A DNA stretch of 64,000 nt from an uncultured virus (IMG/VR IMGVR_UViG_3300000227_000004) (Duplodnaviria; Heunggongvirae; Uroviricota; Caudoviricetes). How positions within the stretch are numbered: the stretch's first letter is position 1; the number at the start of each line of letters is the position of its first letter. The stretch lies in the IMG/VR virus record IMGVR_UViG_3300000227_000004, positions 1 to 64,000 of that record; one strand, 5' to 3'. Below the pieces are notes generated by a model. It ran no database searches. It was not told where the DNA came from and saw nothing but the letters and a program-made list of their open reading frames with translations. A program made the translations under genes and the position numbers. Positions 45,630-56,100 of this stretch are shown here, one piece after another.

Positions 45630-47103
45630 TCTTCTGCTCCTTCTCTATCTCAATTATGTGTGCCGAAGCGTCCCAATTATTGATGTATCTCCTGGTGCTA
45701 TTTGGGAGCAGAAGCCAATGGATCTTCCCCTTGACCTGCTCTCGGGGGAAGGATATCGAGCATTCCCCATCTGTATACATAACCAGCACGCACCCATCCC
45801 GCTCCTTCCTTTTCTCAGAAAACACACGTTCGAACACCCTGTCGAAGTTTGTTCCACCAGATTGTAGGTTATTTAGATCAGCCTCTTTGTACTCGCCGAC
45901 TTCTTTGTCGTAGTATATTTCATGATGGAAAAATATAACTCGGCATTCGATGCTATCGGAGCACGCACTTATCGAGATGAATTCCGTAATGATCTTCCGA
46001 ACATCATCGAGGGCTATTGACCCAGATGTGTCTAGGGCAATAACGTAACGTTGTTTTGGCTTAGATCTGGTTCCCGGGTATAAATACCCAAATCTTCTGT
46101 TTGGGCGGTATCTAGTGCTCTCTGTCAAAGAGCTCATACTGGAGCCCAGTGTCCCTCTAAGCTGCTCTATGTATGGTCGCTTTCTCTCCTTCTTCATTTC
46201 CTTCAGCAAATCTATCAAGTTGCTTCCGGCTTTGCTGAATCTAGCGCTGTCGGACATTGCTTGGTGCATCGCGTGGCTGACTATAGAATCCACTACACTT
46301 TTCTCAAAGATGGACTCATACGGCACTAGTGGATCTGCCAACGAGTATATGCTAAAATCCTGGGTTTTTGACTTGGCCTTCTTAACAAGTTCCTCATGCA
46401 AGGTCTTGGCTACCCCAAAGCTATTGGTCACCACATGCCCAGGGGACAGTCTGATCTTACCACCGTTGTGGTGAGAGTTTAGTGCGTTGACGGCAGACAT
46501 GTCCACCATCAAATGACCGACCCCACGGCACAAGCTACAGGCTTTGCGATTAGGAGTTACAGATAGGTTCTTAATGTCTCCCTCCTTCAGCGCAGTTAAC
46601 CTGGGAATTTTATTCGCTACTAAGTGCGCCTGCAGGCACTCGGGACAAATCGGTCTAATTGCGGCGTATTCGTGTAACTCAGATACGTATTGGTTTACAC
46701 ATATGTCCATCGATATGTTAACCAGTGCGCCTTGGTACTCATCCTTTTTTCTGGCGATTATATCCATGTGCGAAAGAACTAAGTGCATTAGTATATGCCT
46801 CAATTCTCTGCGCAGAAATAGTTCCCCAAGTACTTGTAAGTAAACCACCCAGTTTGGGTTGTATTCCAGTACAAGTTGACTGCCCCTAACATTGGGCCTC
46901 ATAAAAGGGATTGTTGTGGATGGAACGCGGAGACACTCGGTTAAGAGTCCCCCGAGCAGTACGGCTTCTGGGTCTGAAGTTCGCATTAAAAGCCGCATAC
47001 TGGCGGCCTTTATTGCAGAGACAGCAGCCGTGTCGAGTGACGCGAAGTCAATGCAGGGAGCTAATATCTCGCGTATGGCGGTGTCTAGTTGTTCTCTTTC
47101 CAT
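45619..47103 (-). CDS. vWA-domain protein with metallopeptidase-like N-terminus (DUF2201-like)
   Basis: L.YNP.W, HILMHLVLSH, NISMDICVNQ, RPNRR..., MIDAS ALDTSGSI, GGTNF, YTDG. Confidence 0.8.
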   Translation of the reverse strand: MEREQLDTAIREILAPCIDFASLDTAAVSAIKAASMRLLMRTSDPEAVLLGGLLTECLRVPSTTIPFMRPNVRGSQLVLEYNPNWVVYLQVLGELFLRRELRHILMHLVLSHMDIIARKKDEYQGALVNISMDICVNQYVSELHEYAAIRPICPECLQAHLVANKIPRLTALKEGDIKNLSVTPNRKACSLCRGVGHLMVDMSAVNALNSHHNGGKIRLSPGHVVTNSFGVAKTLHEELVKKAKSKTQDFSIYSLADPLVPYESIFEKSVVDSIVSHAMHQAMSDSARFSKAGSNLIDLLKEMKKERKRPYIEQLRGTLGSSMSSLTESTRYRPNRRFGYLYPGTRSKPKQRYVIALDTSGSIALDDVRKIITEFISISACSDSIECRVIFFHHEIYYDKEVGEYKEADLNNLQSGGTNFDRVFERVFSEKRKERDGCVLVMYTDGECSISFPREQVKGKIHWLLLPNSTRRYINNWDASAHIIEIEKEQKNEF

Positions 47104-48242
47104 GAGAGCTCCTCATTTTTAAATACTATCTCCCCAGAGATTATTTTTCTGATTCTCGGCACAATGTTGCTCATACTGAGTAAGATCATTGAGCCGGATT
47201 TTACATGAGTCTTTATAAACTCCAGGACACCCACAGACATGTCCTCCGGGAGAGCGTCGACCATACTTTCAATAAGCTTGAACTGCTCTTTCTTCGGTGG
47301 GTTATTTTTAATAAATGACGTTATCAGACGCGTAAAAGCACTGAGTTTTTCCAGCCTACCGTTTTCGTGCCAAGATCGAACCATGGCAAGCATCTCTGGC
47401 TGCTTCTCTTTGTCATAAATGTCTTCTGGTCGGATGAGCTCATTATCTTGACGGCGGTCGTAAGTCAGTAAAGATGCTGCCGCTGCCTCTCCCACCAAGG
47501 CCACTAAGAAATCTGGACCAATAAAAACCTTATCCTCGTCCGACATGAACTGCAAGTACTTTATTGCAGTATACATACTACGTCGAGTCGGTCTGCCCAC
47601 GTACTCAGTGCCCTTAGCCCATGACGCATCGTCCTTCCTGAGCTCCTGCTGATCATGAAGAAGATCTGGCTGCTCCGCAATCATATTCCGAAATTTTATT
47701 GGGGTCTTTTCTCGTTCCAAATAATCCATATATTCAGACACCGGTGGAATGACCCGCAAAAAAGCAAGTCTATTTTTGAATTGTTCAGTAAAGTCATAGC
47801 CGCCGTATTCAAGTCCAATTGGATTCATGGCGCACACGATTTGTATGCCTGGGGGCAGAATACTACCATGCAGTCGACCACTCTGAAGCAGAGGCATTAT
47901 AGCCTTTCTGACATCATCTTTCGCATCCCCAAGCTCATCAAAGAAAAGAATGCCTTTGTCATATTCGTTAGGCCACCAGTCCGGCTTATTATACACTGTC
48001 TTTCCCTCATTAGTACCTGGTATTCCAATTAGATCACCGACTTCAACCTGTGCTAGATAAATCTCATGAAAGTAGTTTGCACCTTCGGTGTCTTCCAAGT
48101 CTCTGAAGAACTCAGACACTATATCGCTCTTACCGATACCCATAGTGCCCACAAGCGTAATAATTGGTGCTTTCTGCAGCAAGTTCCCCATCTTTGCTCG
48201 CCACACCAGCCTTAATATTGCTTTTACTTTTTCCAATTCCAT
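47085..48242 (-). CDS. MoxR-like AAA+ ATPase
   Basis: GTMGIGKS Walker A, DLIGIP, ILFFDE Walker B, CAMNP, NRL, PTRRS. Confidence 0.85.
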   Translation of the reverse strand: MELEKVKAILRLVWRAKMGNLLQKAPIITLVGTMGIGKSDIVSEFFRDLEDTEGANYFHEIYLAQVEVGDLIGIPGTNEGKTVYNKPDWWPNEYDKGILFFDELGDAKDDVRKAIMPLLQSGRLHGSILPPGIQIVCAMNPIGLEYGGYDFTEQFKNRLAFLRVIPPVSEYMDYLEREKTPIKFRNMIAEQPDLLHDQQELRKDDASWAKGTEYVGRPTRRSMYTAIKYLQFMSDEDKVFIGPDFLVALVGEAAAASLLTYDRRQDNELIRPEDIYDKEKQPEMLAMVRSWHENGRLEKLSAFTRLITSFIKNNPPKKEQFKLIESMVDALPEDMSVGVLEFIKTHVKSGSMILLSMSNIVPRIRKIISGEIVFKNEELSWKENN

Positions 48243-48291
48243 TACTATTTCTCCTAGCTAAATTAAATGAGACTAACGACGTTTATCTTAT

Positions 48292-48330
48292 AACAAAAAA
48301 GCCCCCGAAATTTCCGGGGGCTTTTTTGTT
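48292..48330. terminator. Bidirectional intrinsic terminator
   Basis: AACAAAAAAGCCCCCG-N7-CGGGGGCTTTTTTGTT perfect 16-bp inverted repeat. Confidence 0.85.
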
Positions 48331-48339
48331 AATAAGGCG

Positions 48340-50259
48340 TTACTTGATGATAAATCTTGCCAATGGATTTAGTGTGTACTTCCCCTTGGCTGCCCGCTCC
48401 AGCATTCCTTCTTTGGCCATAACAGCAAGAAGGGCCTTCATCGAGTTCTTCTTATACTCAGACAACGCTCCTTGGGACAAGAGGATCATGTTTTCGTAGG
48501 ACAATGGCGTGCCGGGATTGTTAAGCAACACTTCTATTATTCTGTGCCTAGCACTGCCGTGTTGAACTAAACACCCCTCACCCACGTCTTTACTACCTTT
48601 TACCATCGCGTCTGCTTTTATTCTTACATAAGCACGGAGATCTGGCGAGTATGCGAGGAAGTATTCACCTACTGGTTCCGCGATCCGAACGGTTATTACA
48701 TCGCACTCCCCAATCTTTTCTCTTAGTAAGAGCCCTATTGGAACTTCGGGAAGTGTGGTTTTTTGGATGGCACCGCCCACAACCTTTGCCAGGATGCCGT
48801 CCCCCTCCACACTGTCGCTTGCAGAACTAAATGCAAGCTCGTCGTTCTTTAGCTCTTCTAATACCGTCGGGATGTCTAATCCTTCATCGGCAGTGTCGCC
48901 TTCCGAAAGGGCCTCTTCTCTATCTGCAAGAGATATATCAGTAGATTGCCTTTCCAGCTGGGCTATCTGCTGTGCGGCCTTTTCAAGCGGAGGCACCGGC
49001 TCTTCAGCCTGGGGCTCTTCAGCCTGGGGCTCTTCAGCCTGGGGCTCTTCAGCCTGGGGCTCTTCAGCCTGGGGCTCTTCAGCCTGCAAAGATTGGATAG
49101 TTACAGGAAGTGGTTGATCTGGAGTAACTACGTACTCTTCGATCAGTCTTTTCTGTTTTGCTATCGTAGTAGCGGCAGAACCCTCAGACTTGAATAGTAC
49201 CAGCGAAGATCCCAGCCCTATTTGAATATCGCCTTTAATGAAGCTTACTAAATCTGACACTGATTTTCCATCGAGGGTGATGTTTATACCGGCGCCGATG
49301 CTTTTTAGATAATCATCCGGGATTAGTGACGAGGGGGTGTGTGCAAGTTCAGTGCTGAGGATAGTTCCAGCGTTATCCACCACCCACAGATTGGCCACAT
49401 AACCGTCCTTTTGACTAGAGTCATCTAGCTTAATCGTCAAGTTTATGTCGCTGCTCATTCTTGAAATCATTTTTATCTTGTTCTTAAGACCTCTAATCAT
49501 TGGCATCCAGATTTTTGCCTTCAGTCTAGGTCTAGGGGCAGTGTTGTTCTCCATGAGAACTTTGCTTCCCAACATAAAAGTTACGATAAAGTCTTTACTG
49601 TCTTCTATGCTTCCCGCGTCACCATCTTCAGGGAGCGTCCTGGGGGGACCGTTTTCACTCTCTTCTTCAGAGATAGTTGTTTTTCCAACAAAGGTAAACA
49701 GAGAAACACCCCCACTAACATCAGGGGCTAGGAGGAGGTCAGCGTATCTCAGCACAGGCCGGGAGCATATTTTGTTTGTTACAACACCCACCATCTCTCT
49801 GACAGCCGATGCCTTTATCTGGCAAAGACTAACTCCAGGGGCGGAGGCCTTGTCTAGTATGAGTTCTGGGGTCACCATCGCCTCTAAAGAAAGCGTGGAG
49901 GTGTGCCCGACAAATACTACTTGACTTTCTTCCCCATTTTTCTCCGAATAGACTCCGATGACGCTCTCGTCCCGCTCGGCATTCTTCATGGATAACGCAG
50001 CGATGTCTGCTAATTTAGCAGACGCCTCAGGCTTATCACTGTGCTCACTGAACGCCAGCCTTGCGGTCATCTTCAACGATGTTCCGGTCTTCAGTTCAAG
50101 TATCGAGTTGAGGGCTTTAATGGCCATAATGGTCTTGAACTCATCGGGGGACTTAATGTCGTATGTGCAATCTAGTACTTCTGCCCCAGTCTCTGCTACC
50201 TCATCTTGTATTAACGAGGCCGTAGCCTGGTCTTGCGCCCACACTATTGCATAGAACAT
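48340..50259 (-). CDS. Multidomain hypothetical protein: possible sliding-clamp-like N-terminus, acidic linker, C-terminal winged HTH
   Basis: 639 aa; QAEEP repeats; RIIEVL...PLSY...MAKEGMLERAAKGKYTL wHTH-like end; clamp call is weak. Confidence 0.5.
   Translation of the reverse strand: MFYAIVWAQDQATASLIQDEVAETGAEVLDCTYDIKSPDEFKTIMAIKALNSILELKTGTSLKMTARLAFSEHSDKPEASAKLADIAALSMKNAERDESVIGVYSEKNGEESQVVFVGHTSTLSLEAMVTPELILDKASAPGVSLCQIKASAVREMVGVVTNKICSRPVLRYADLLLAPDVSGGVSLFTFVGKTTISEEESENGPPRTLPEDGDAGSIEDSKDFIVTFMLGSKVLMENNTAPRPRLKAKIWMPMIRGLKNKIKMISRMSSDINLTIKLDDSSQKDGYVANLWVVDNAGTILSTELAHTPSSLIPDDYLKSIGAGINITLDGKSVSDLVSFIKGDIQIGLGSSLVLFKSEGSAATTIAKQKRLIEEYVVTPDQPLPVTIQSLQAEEPQAEEPQAEEPQAEEPQAEEPQAEEPVPPLEKAAQQIAQLERQSTDISLADREEALSEGDTADEGLDIPTVLEELKNDELAFSSASDSVEGDGILAKVVGGAIQKTTLPEVPIGLLLREKIGECDVITVRIAEPVGEYFLAYSPDLRAYVRIKADAMVKGSKDVGEGCLVQHGSARHRIIEVLLNNPGTPLSYENMILLSQGALSEYKKNSMKALLAVMAKEGMLERAAKGKYTLNPLARFIIK
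48998..49086. repeat. 15-bp tandem repeat (GGCTCTTCAGCCTGG) x6 encoding (QAEEP)6
   Basis: Directly visible. Confidence 0.95.
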
Positions 50260-50277
50260 TTATTTCTCTCCTTTTCT

Positions 50278-53200
50278 TTAAATTCCCAATTCTTCAAGCT
50301 CATCACAGAACTTTTTAAAGTTGGTATGTTGTGGCTCGAATGATAGTAATAATACTTTACTTGGTAAGTATCTATCAAATAATTTATCCAGCACTACTGG
50401 GTATCTCTTAGTTTGGTCCTTATGACTTACGCTTTTAGTGACTAGTTCCCTGACTTTTAGGGTTATTTCTCTGATAATTTGTTTAGCTACGCAGATTACC
50501 AGAGCACTTCGTAATATTCTCAGGATTGTCCCTTTGACACAGTCTTCTGTGTAGCGACCTGTGTTCAGGGATCGCGGTTCTGTCCCAGAGAAAACGCGCA
50601 GAATCGATGTGGTCACCACCCTTGCAAATAACCTATGATGGTGCGTGTCTAATTCATAAACGCGCCCCCCACATGTCGCGCTCATTAAGTGTCTTGTGAT
50701 AGGCAGTGTCCTTAGGTGTCGAGGGTGTTGAGAGCCAACTAGCTCATCTCGTGCGGTGTTATTGACAATGGTCATCAAACCATTACTAAGTTCGGCTATT
50801 GGGGTGGAAACTACTGGAATTATTTCTTCTATAAAGGAACGAACCTTTTTGTGAAGGTCGTAATTGTCTAACTGACTTGTTGAGTCTCCTTCTTCTTCTA
50901 TAATCTCCTTGATACGAGATATATGGTTGGTAATCAGCACTGTTACTGAGTTAGCAGTCCATGCATCACCAAATACACTTTCATATGACGAACCTTCTGC
51001 GGGCCCTGTCCCTATTAATTTATTTTTTAATGCTTTTGATACTCGTCTAAGTTCGTCTCGTACTATTCTGTATTCGAGTAAGACACTCCTGATGTCATCG
51101 GCAGATGCAGACCCGTCTCTGCTGCCTCTCCCCCTTAGAAATTGGCCTTTCGCATTAGCCAACTTTGTCTGCCTACTTTCGTGTACTGGGAATATCACGG
51201 ATATTTTTTCCGGAGAGAAGGTCGTTCCTTCGTTTGTAAACCCACCACCACTTGGTTTTGTTCTACGGATTTCTACGGGGGAAGAAGCCCATGCCGTATC
51301 GTGTATAGTTTCTGAGAAACCACTAGTCCCAGATGCCAGAGCCGTTGTGTCACTCTTCTCCAGAGAGTAGTATTTTTGTATGTAGTTCTTAGTTCCTGCA
51401 CTTTCCTCACCGACATAGAAGGCGCTCATACCCCTCTGTTGCCATGTTAAAGTGTGCTGTCGTACGTTGGGGTTTGTTTTTAGCATTGCATAACTCACAA
51501 CCGGCAGTGGTCTTTTTACCAGTAATGATACTTGCTGCACCTTCTCGTTCAGGAGAGCTAGGTACGCCGGACTCATTGCCATTAGTATGAAATTATGAAT
51601 ATGCTCTTTCATATCTTCTGCACTTAAGTCCAGTTGCTCGCCGTATGGCCCGTCAAGTATGTCGTACTTATCACCTCTGACTTGAATTCTTATTTTCTCA
51701 GATCTGAGCTCCCCACCACATTCTCGTCTTGGCCCATCCTGACATAGACTTACTCCGTAGGAGTATTCATAAATTCTTTTATGTCTTTTATATAAGGAAA
51801 GTAGCCTATCGCTATCTATGTCAGCAAACCATGACCAGTGTAGTATAACTATATCATCCACTATGTCTATAAAGACATCTTTTAATATGCCTGCAGGTGT
51901 CGTAGACACCTTTACTCTCTCTCCTTTGGAAAGACCGGCAATCGACATCGTGGTAATTGGGACTTTCTCCTCTTGTGAATGAATGTGGAGAAATATTTTC
52001 TCCCAATTTATTTTTGGAAGGAAGCATCTGGATTTTTCCAGCTCTCTATCCATTAGCGATTTTATTGCTATATCGCCATCTCCGGTAGATAATGGTTCAT
52101 CCTGGCTCTGCGAGGGAGGTGCACTGGAACTATCTAGTTCACCACCATTCCAGTAATCACCTAATACGTCTTGCCTGCCTGCTACCTGGGCCCACATCAC
52201 AAGGTTGCTCCCACCGCCATATGCTTCTAACACCTTGGATTTGGCAAAGTGGCTAACTGAATCATTTGTCTTGTAGTCTGGTGGGTTAATCTCTCGCAGG
52301 TTTATTCTGGTGAAGACGTTATGATCTGCGTATATATTATTAATATTTATATCTGTGTCTATGTCCGGGAAATAATGGTAGTTATTTTCCCGAAGTTTTT
52401 TATTTAAATATGATTTTTGCCTTAGAACTTCCGCAGTAATCATACCCGCTAGGTCTGGCACACCACCGTCCAGCCTACACCATCTTCGACTAACTTGTGG
52501 CATTGGCCTGTGCCCCCGTATCTCAGATGTGTGACCATGTGCTATCGCCCTCATGTCAGTCTTTGTCCACTCTCTATTGTTGAGCGAGGCGCGCCTGTCC
52601 GACAGCTGTTCATACTTGAATACAACATCTCCAGTTTTTGGGGCTTTGTATTCTAAAACATATCTATCCAGTCCTCTTATTGCCATGTCAAGAGACGGCG
52701 TCTTTCTGTTGATCAAACAACATGTTTCATCACCGACATTTATGTAGGATATATCGACTACAAAATAGTCTAGCGACACTAAGGCGGCAGCACTGACTGA
52801 TTCAACTATGTCTGAGGCCAGGTATAGTGTGTCCGGCATACACGCTGGCCCCTCCTGATACTTTGGCGTCCAATCTTCTATATGAGTCTGGTATAAAATG
52901 CCCGATCCAACGTAACTCGTCAGTGATGCGTGGGGGCTGTGCTGCACTGAATCTCTCGGGTAAGTTGAGAAAGAATAACCAGATAGCTGAGCTATTTTTG
53001 AGTTAACACTAAGTCTTAACACACTTCTATAATCGTTATCTCCAAACTTGGCACTGTTTATTTCCAGTAACTTCTCTTTTTTAATCTCATTTGACAAGTT
53101 GACCAGGTCCACTCCCTTACTTTCGTCATACTCAATATTTATTAACTTACTCAAAAAGGCCACTGCATCATCCAGTGAAGTCGGGAGGACGGGCGTGATG

Positions 53201-56100
53201 CAGTCATCTGTGAAAGACTTCCATAATGAGTCGATCGTGTGTGGGATGTCGCCCTGCAGTTTAACTGCGACCGTCATTCGATGTCTGCCAGAGATAACTG
53301 TTACAGGAAGAGCATCGATTTTTAATGTCTTAGGTCGCAACAACTCTTCGTAGAGAAGGTTGCAGATCCTGTTCTGGTCATAACATAATTCGTCATTCAA
53401 TGCACACATTTTTGCCACAACTTTCGTCGGCAACCAATAGTTGTCCATGTAGGAAATAAACAAGCAGCTTATTTTTTCTACATCGACTACTTGTTTTTCT
53501 GTAGGGATGACCCCGTCGCATACTTTTTTGAGCAAATAAAGTAGGGAGACTGGTATAGTGCTTTGTGTGCTCAGTTCTGCTGCGATGATATAATTAAACA
53601 AGCTACTTTCCTTATCAGGAAAGAACTGTGATAAAAACTCTGGAAAGAGTTTACAAGTTTTCCTAAACTCATCGTGAAAATATTGGCAAGCAAACTCGAA
53701 TAAATTCATAGGCAGTTTTTTGTGCACATCGGTTGGAAAAGTTTCATTTAGCTTCTCAGTCTCTGCTACGTGTGCCAAATGCCTGTCCACTATTATGTCG
53801 CGAACTTTATGATCTTGATACTCTTTTAAGATCTGTTGGTATTTGCTCTTTACAAAATTTATCTGAGAGACAAAAGCCTTGTCAAGGCTCTCATTCCCAA
53901 TTAGTTTTGAGCCAGGGACCATGTCTGCGTGCTCGAGTATACTGTCCGCAGCTGCTAGTAGCTCCGGATCTGACGCCATCGCCTCAAGTCTGGCGATAGA
54001 TATGTCGGAGAGGAGGTGAGCAACTGAGGTTTGTCGTGTACTCATCAGATCTATTTTTTGTTTGTAGCTTCTGTGAAGTTCACAGATAGTTGACAGCGAG
54101 TAAAACGAGGATCTGTATCTGCCTAAATATTGTCCAAGAGCTTTGTCATTAAAGGGAAGGAAGTGCCCACTGGATAGCAGGGATGTGAACGCCTTGTATG
54201 TATTTGTATATCCGTCAATCGTAGCGATAGAGCTGATGCACGCAGTAGTGTCTAATATTGCAACTACATTATTGTTGGCTAAGTATCTAACCGCGGAAAC
54301 GAATCGTTCAAAGAATAATTGTCTATGCGGACTATGAAGTAAGTTTTTCTTAGCATAATATATTTTATTCATTATTTTGCCTAGGCAAGTGCCACTAATG
54401 TCACTATTTTGAAGGTCTGAATCTAAAGGAATTAAGTAGACTGATTTCTCGCTGTCCGGCAGGTTATTATTAGATTTGCGAATGGCGCTTAGGCTGATTT
54501 TTTTGATTTTTCGATCTAATGGCAGTACAAAATAATCTATACTATCTTCTATGATGTGCTCGAAAAGGGGGGCCTCCATGACACTGAGCACCAAGTCTTT
54601 CATAGAGGGGATTATCTCTGGAGATGTGATTAGCCCACCCATACCGAGATCTATGTTTAGTTCTAACCAATCTTCTATCTCTGCATCTTCACCCGTCAAT
54701 GCGTATGATGTTGCAAAAGCGATGCCCCTTCTTGTTAGATACTTACTGTTATCTTTCCTCTGAATAACTAACGGAATGTGCGCCCCGCTAACATCATCAC
54801 TGCCCGAATCTTTATCAGAAAGCATCTCCATAATTTTTACTATTGTGACACCACGACATATGTCTATGTCCACGGGCAGATCGGCGTTTTCTGAAATTAA
54901 GCACATGAGTTTGTGCGGGCATCGGTCGCAAATGCCTTGTTCATTACGCTTTTTGTAGGTATGATCTAAATTAACCACTCGATCGTAGTTATCTACGCCA
55001 TCCCAGTAAAGAGAGGCTAAGGAGATGATTGTGCTGTTGTAGTCCGCAGCCTTATTATCTGGGTATTCAGTTACTAAACGTATATTCTCCTGTATCCCAC
55101 TTAGGCTTTGTGAAAACAGGCTGCCGGCCTCCAGGATGAGGCTAATCTTAGATGGCATCTGTATTTTTTCATCTAAGTACTCTTTTAGCAGACCGGGGTT
55201 AGCCCCGATTGCCTGGCATAAATTGCCGTGTTGTCCTTTTATAAATATGTCAAACACTTTTTTGTCTACAAAGAGCGCATCAGTGTCGTTTAGTACGTGG
55301 TTACTGGCTGTAAGGGGTTGTTCTATCCGACCCCAACATGTGCTTGAAAAGAAGTATGTCAATGAATCTGACAGGATTCTAGTAAGGTTAAATTTTGCAA
55401 AGTTGTTGTTATTTATGATGTTTTCCGTAAAGCTGACACTTTTACTATCCCCAGTTGAATACTGCATGCCTTCTGGGTATAACAAATCGGCCATAGATGT
55501 TACCGGGCAAATAAATATAAAGGGCTGTCTAGTAATAAACGGGGCTAACATAGTTGCGAGGCCAGTATCTATATTTCCCTCCAGGATTATCTCAGTTCCA
55601 TCAAGCCACTTGCTCCCTGCCGCCTTCGTTTGCTCTAGCTCCGAGAGGGGGGATGGGTTATCTCTGGATGATGAAGATCCACGTCGTTCTGGGGGAGAGC
55701 ATAGAACAGATCCTGCGGGAGATATGAGCTTATATGTCAGCACCATACCTTTCCCAAAGTACTTTTTTACTATTTTCTCACTCTCCCGCTGTAATATGTC
55801 CATGTCCCTTGCCAGTGGTGCAGACGCGGCCTCCCCAGATTCTATCTCAGTATCTCTATACAATGATATTGCAAGCCCCTTACCGCACTGAGTAATAAAG
55901 AAGTGACCTTCTTCTGCAGGACGAGAGTATGCTGCTATCGCCTCTTTGAACGAAGATTGGAAGGAGTAAGCAGTGCTGCATCCCTGCAGTGATTGGTGCT
56001 TAGCCGTGAATATATTTCTATCGTAATAGACAGAATTTAAAACCTCGTTTCTGTTTAGTGCGACGGTTTTAAGGTCATCATTTGTTAGTATCTTTTTCAT
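50278..56100 (-). CDS. Giant hypothetical protein (1940 aa) with degenerate GHKL/Hsp90-like N-terminal domain
   Basis: SD AAGGAG; VLNSVYYDR, FITQCGKG, YFGKGM, GTEIIL in GHKL order; remainder unrecognised. Confidence 0.55.
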   Translation of the reverse strand: MKKILTNDDLKTVALNRNEVLNSVYYDRNIFTAKHQSLQGCSTAYSFQSSFKEAIAAYSRPAEEGHFFITQCGKGLAISLYRDTEIESGEAASAPLARDMDILQRESEKIVKKYFGKGMVLTYKLISPAGSVLCSPPERRGSSSSRDNPSPLSELEQTKAAGSKWLDGTEIILEGNIDTGLATMLAPFITRQPFIFICPVTSMADLLYPEGMQYSTGDSKSVSFTENIINNNNFAKFNLTRILSDSLTYFFSSTCWGRIEQPLTASNHVLNDTDALFVDKKVFDIFIKGQHGNLCQAIGANPGLLKEYLDEKIQMPSKISLILEAGSLFSQSLSGIQENIRLVTEYPDNKAADYNSTIISLASLYWDGVDNYDRVVNLDHTYKKRNEQGICDRCPHKLMCLISENADLPVDIDICRGVTIVKIMEMLSDKDSGSDDVSGAHIPLVIQRKDNSKYLTRRGIAFATSYALTGEDAEIEDWLELNIDLGMGGLITSPEIIPSMKDLVLSVMEAPLFEHIIEDSIDYFVLPLDRKIKKISLSAIRKSNNNLPDSEKSVYLIPLDSDLQNSDISGTCLGKIMNKIYYAKKNLLHSPHRQLFFERFVSAVRYLANNNVVAILDTTACISSIATIDGYTNTYKAFTSLLSSGHFLPFNDKALGQYLGRYRSSFYSLSTICELHRSYKQKIDLMSTRQTSVAHLLSDISIARLEAMASDPELLAAADSILEHADMVPGSKLIGNESLDKAFVSQINFVKSKYQQILKEYQDHKVRDIIVDRHLAHVAETEKLNETFPTDVHKKLPMNLFEFACQYFHDEFRKTCKLFPEFLSQFFPDKESSLFNYIIAAELSTQSTIPVSLLYLLKKVCDGVIPTEKQVVDVEKISCLFISYMDNYWLPTKVVAKMCALNDELCYDQNRICNLLYEELLRPKTLKIDALPVTVISGRHRMTVAVKLQGDIPHTIDSLWKSFTDDCITPVLPTSLDDAVAFLSKLINIEYDESKGVDLVNLSNEIKKEKLLEINSAKFGDNDYRSVLRLSVNSKIAQLSGYSFSTYPRDSVQHSPHASLTSYVGSGILYQTHIEDWTPKYQEGPACMPDTLYLASDIVESVSAAALVSLDYFVVDISYINVGDETCCLINRKTPSLDMAIRGLDRYVLEYKAPKTGDVVFKYEQLSDRRASLNNREWTKTDMRAIAHGHTSEIRGHRPMPQVSRRWCRLDGGVPDLAGMITAEVLRQKSYLNKKLRENNYHYFPDIDTDININNIYADHNVFTRINLREINPPDYKTNDSVSHFAKSKVLEAYGGGSNLVMWAQVAGRQDVLGDYWNGGELDSSSAPPSQSQDEPLSTGDGDIAIKSLMDRELEKSRCFLPKINWEKIFLHIHSQEEKVPITTMSIAGLSKGERVKVSTTPAGILKDVFIDIVDDIVILHWSWFADIDSDRLLSLYKRHKRIYEYSYGVSLCQDGPRRECGGELRSEKIRIQVRGDKYDILDGPYGEQLDLSAEDMKEHIHNFILMAMSPAYLALLNEKVQQVSLLVKRPLPVVSYAMLKTNPNVRQHTLTWQQRGMSAFYVGEESAGTKNYIQKYYSLEKSDTTALASGTSGFSETIHDTAWASSPVEIRRTKPSGGGFTNEGTTFSPEKISVIFPVHESRQTKLANAKGQFLRGRGSRDGSASADDIRSVLLEYRIVRDELRRVSKALKNKLIGTGPAEGSSYESVFGDAWTANSVTVLITNHISRIKEIIEEEGDSTSQLDNYDLHKKVRSFIEEIIPVVSTPIAELSNGLMTIVNNTARDELVGSQHPRHLRTLPITRHLMSATCGGRVYELDTHHHRLFARVVTTSILRVFSGTEPRSLNTGRYTEDCVKGTILRILRSALVICVAKQIIREITLKVRELVTKSVSHKDQTKRYPVVLDKLFDRYLPSKVLLLSFEPQHTNFKKFCDELEELGI

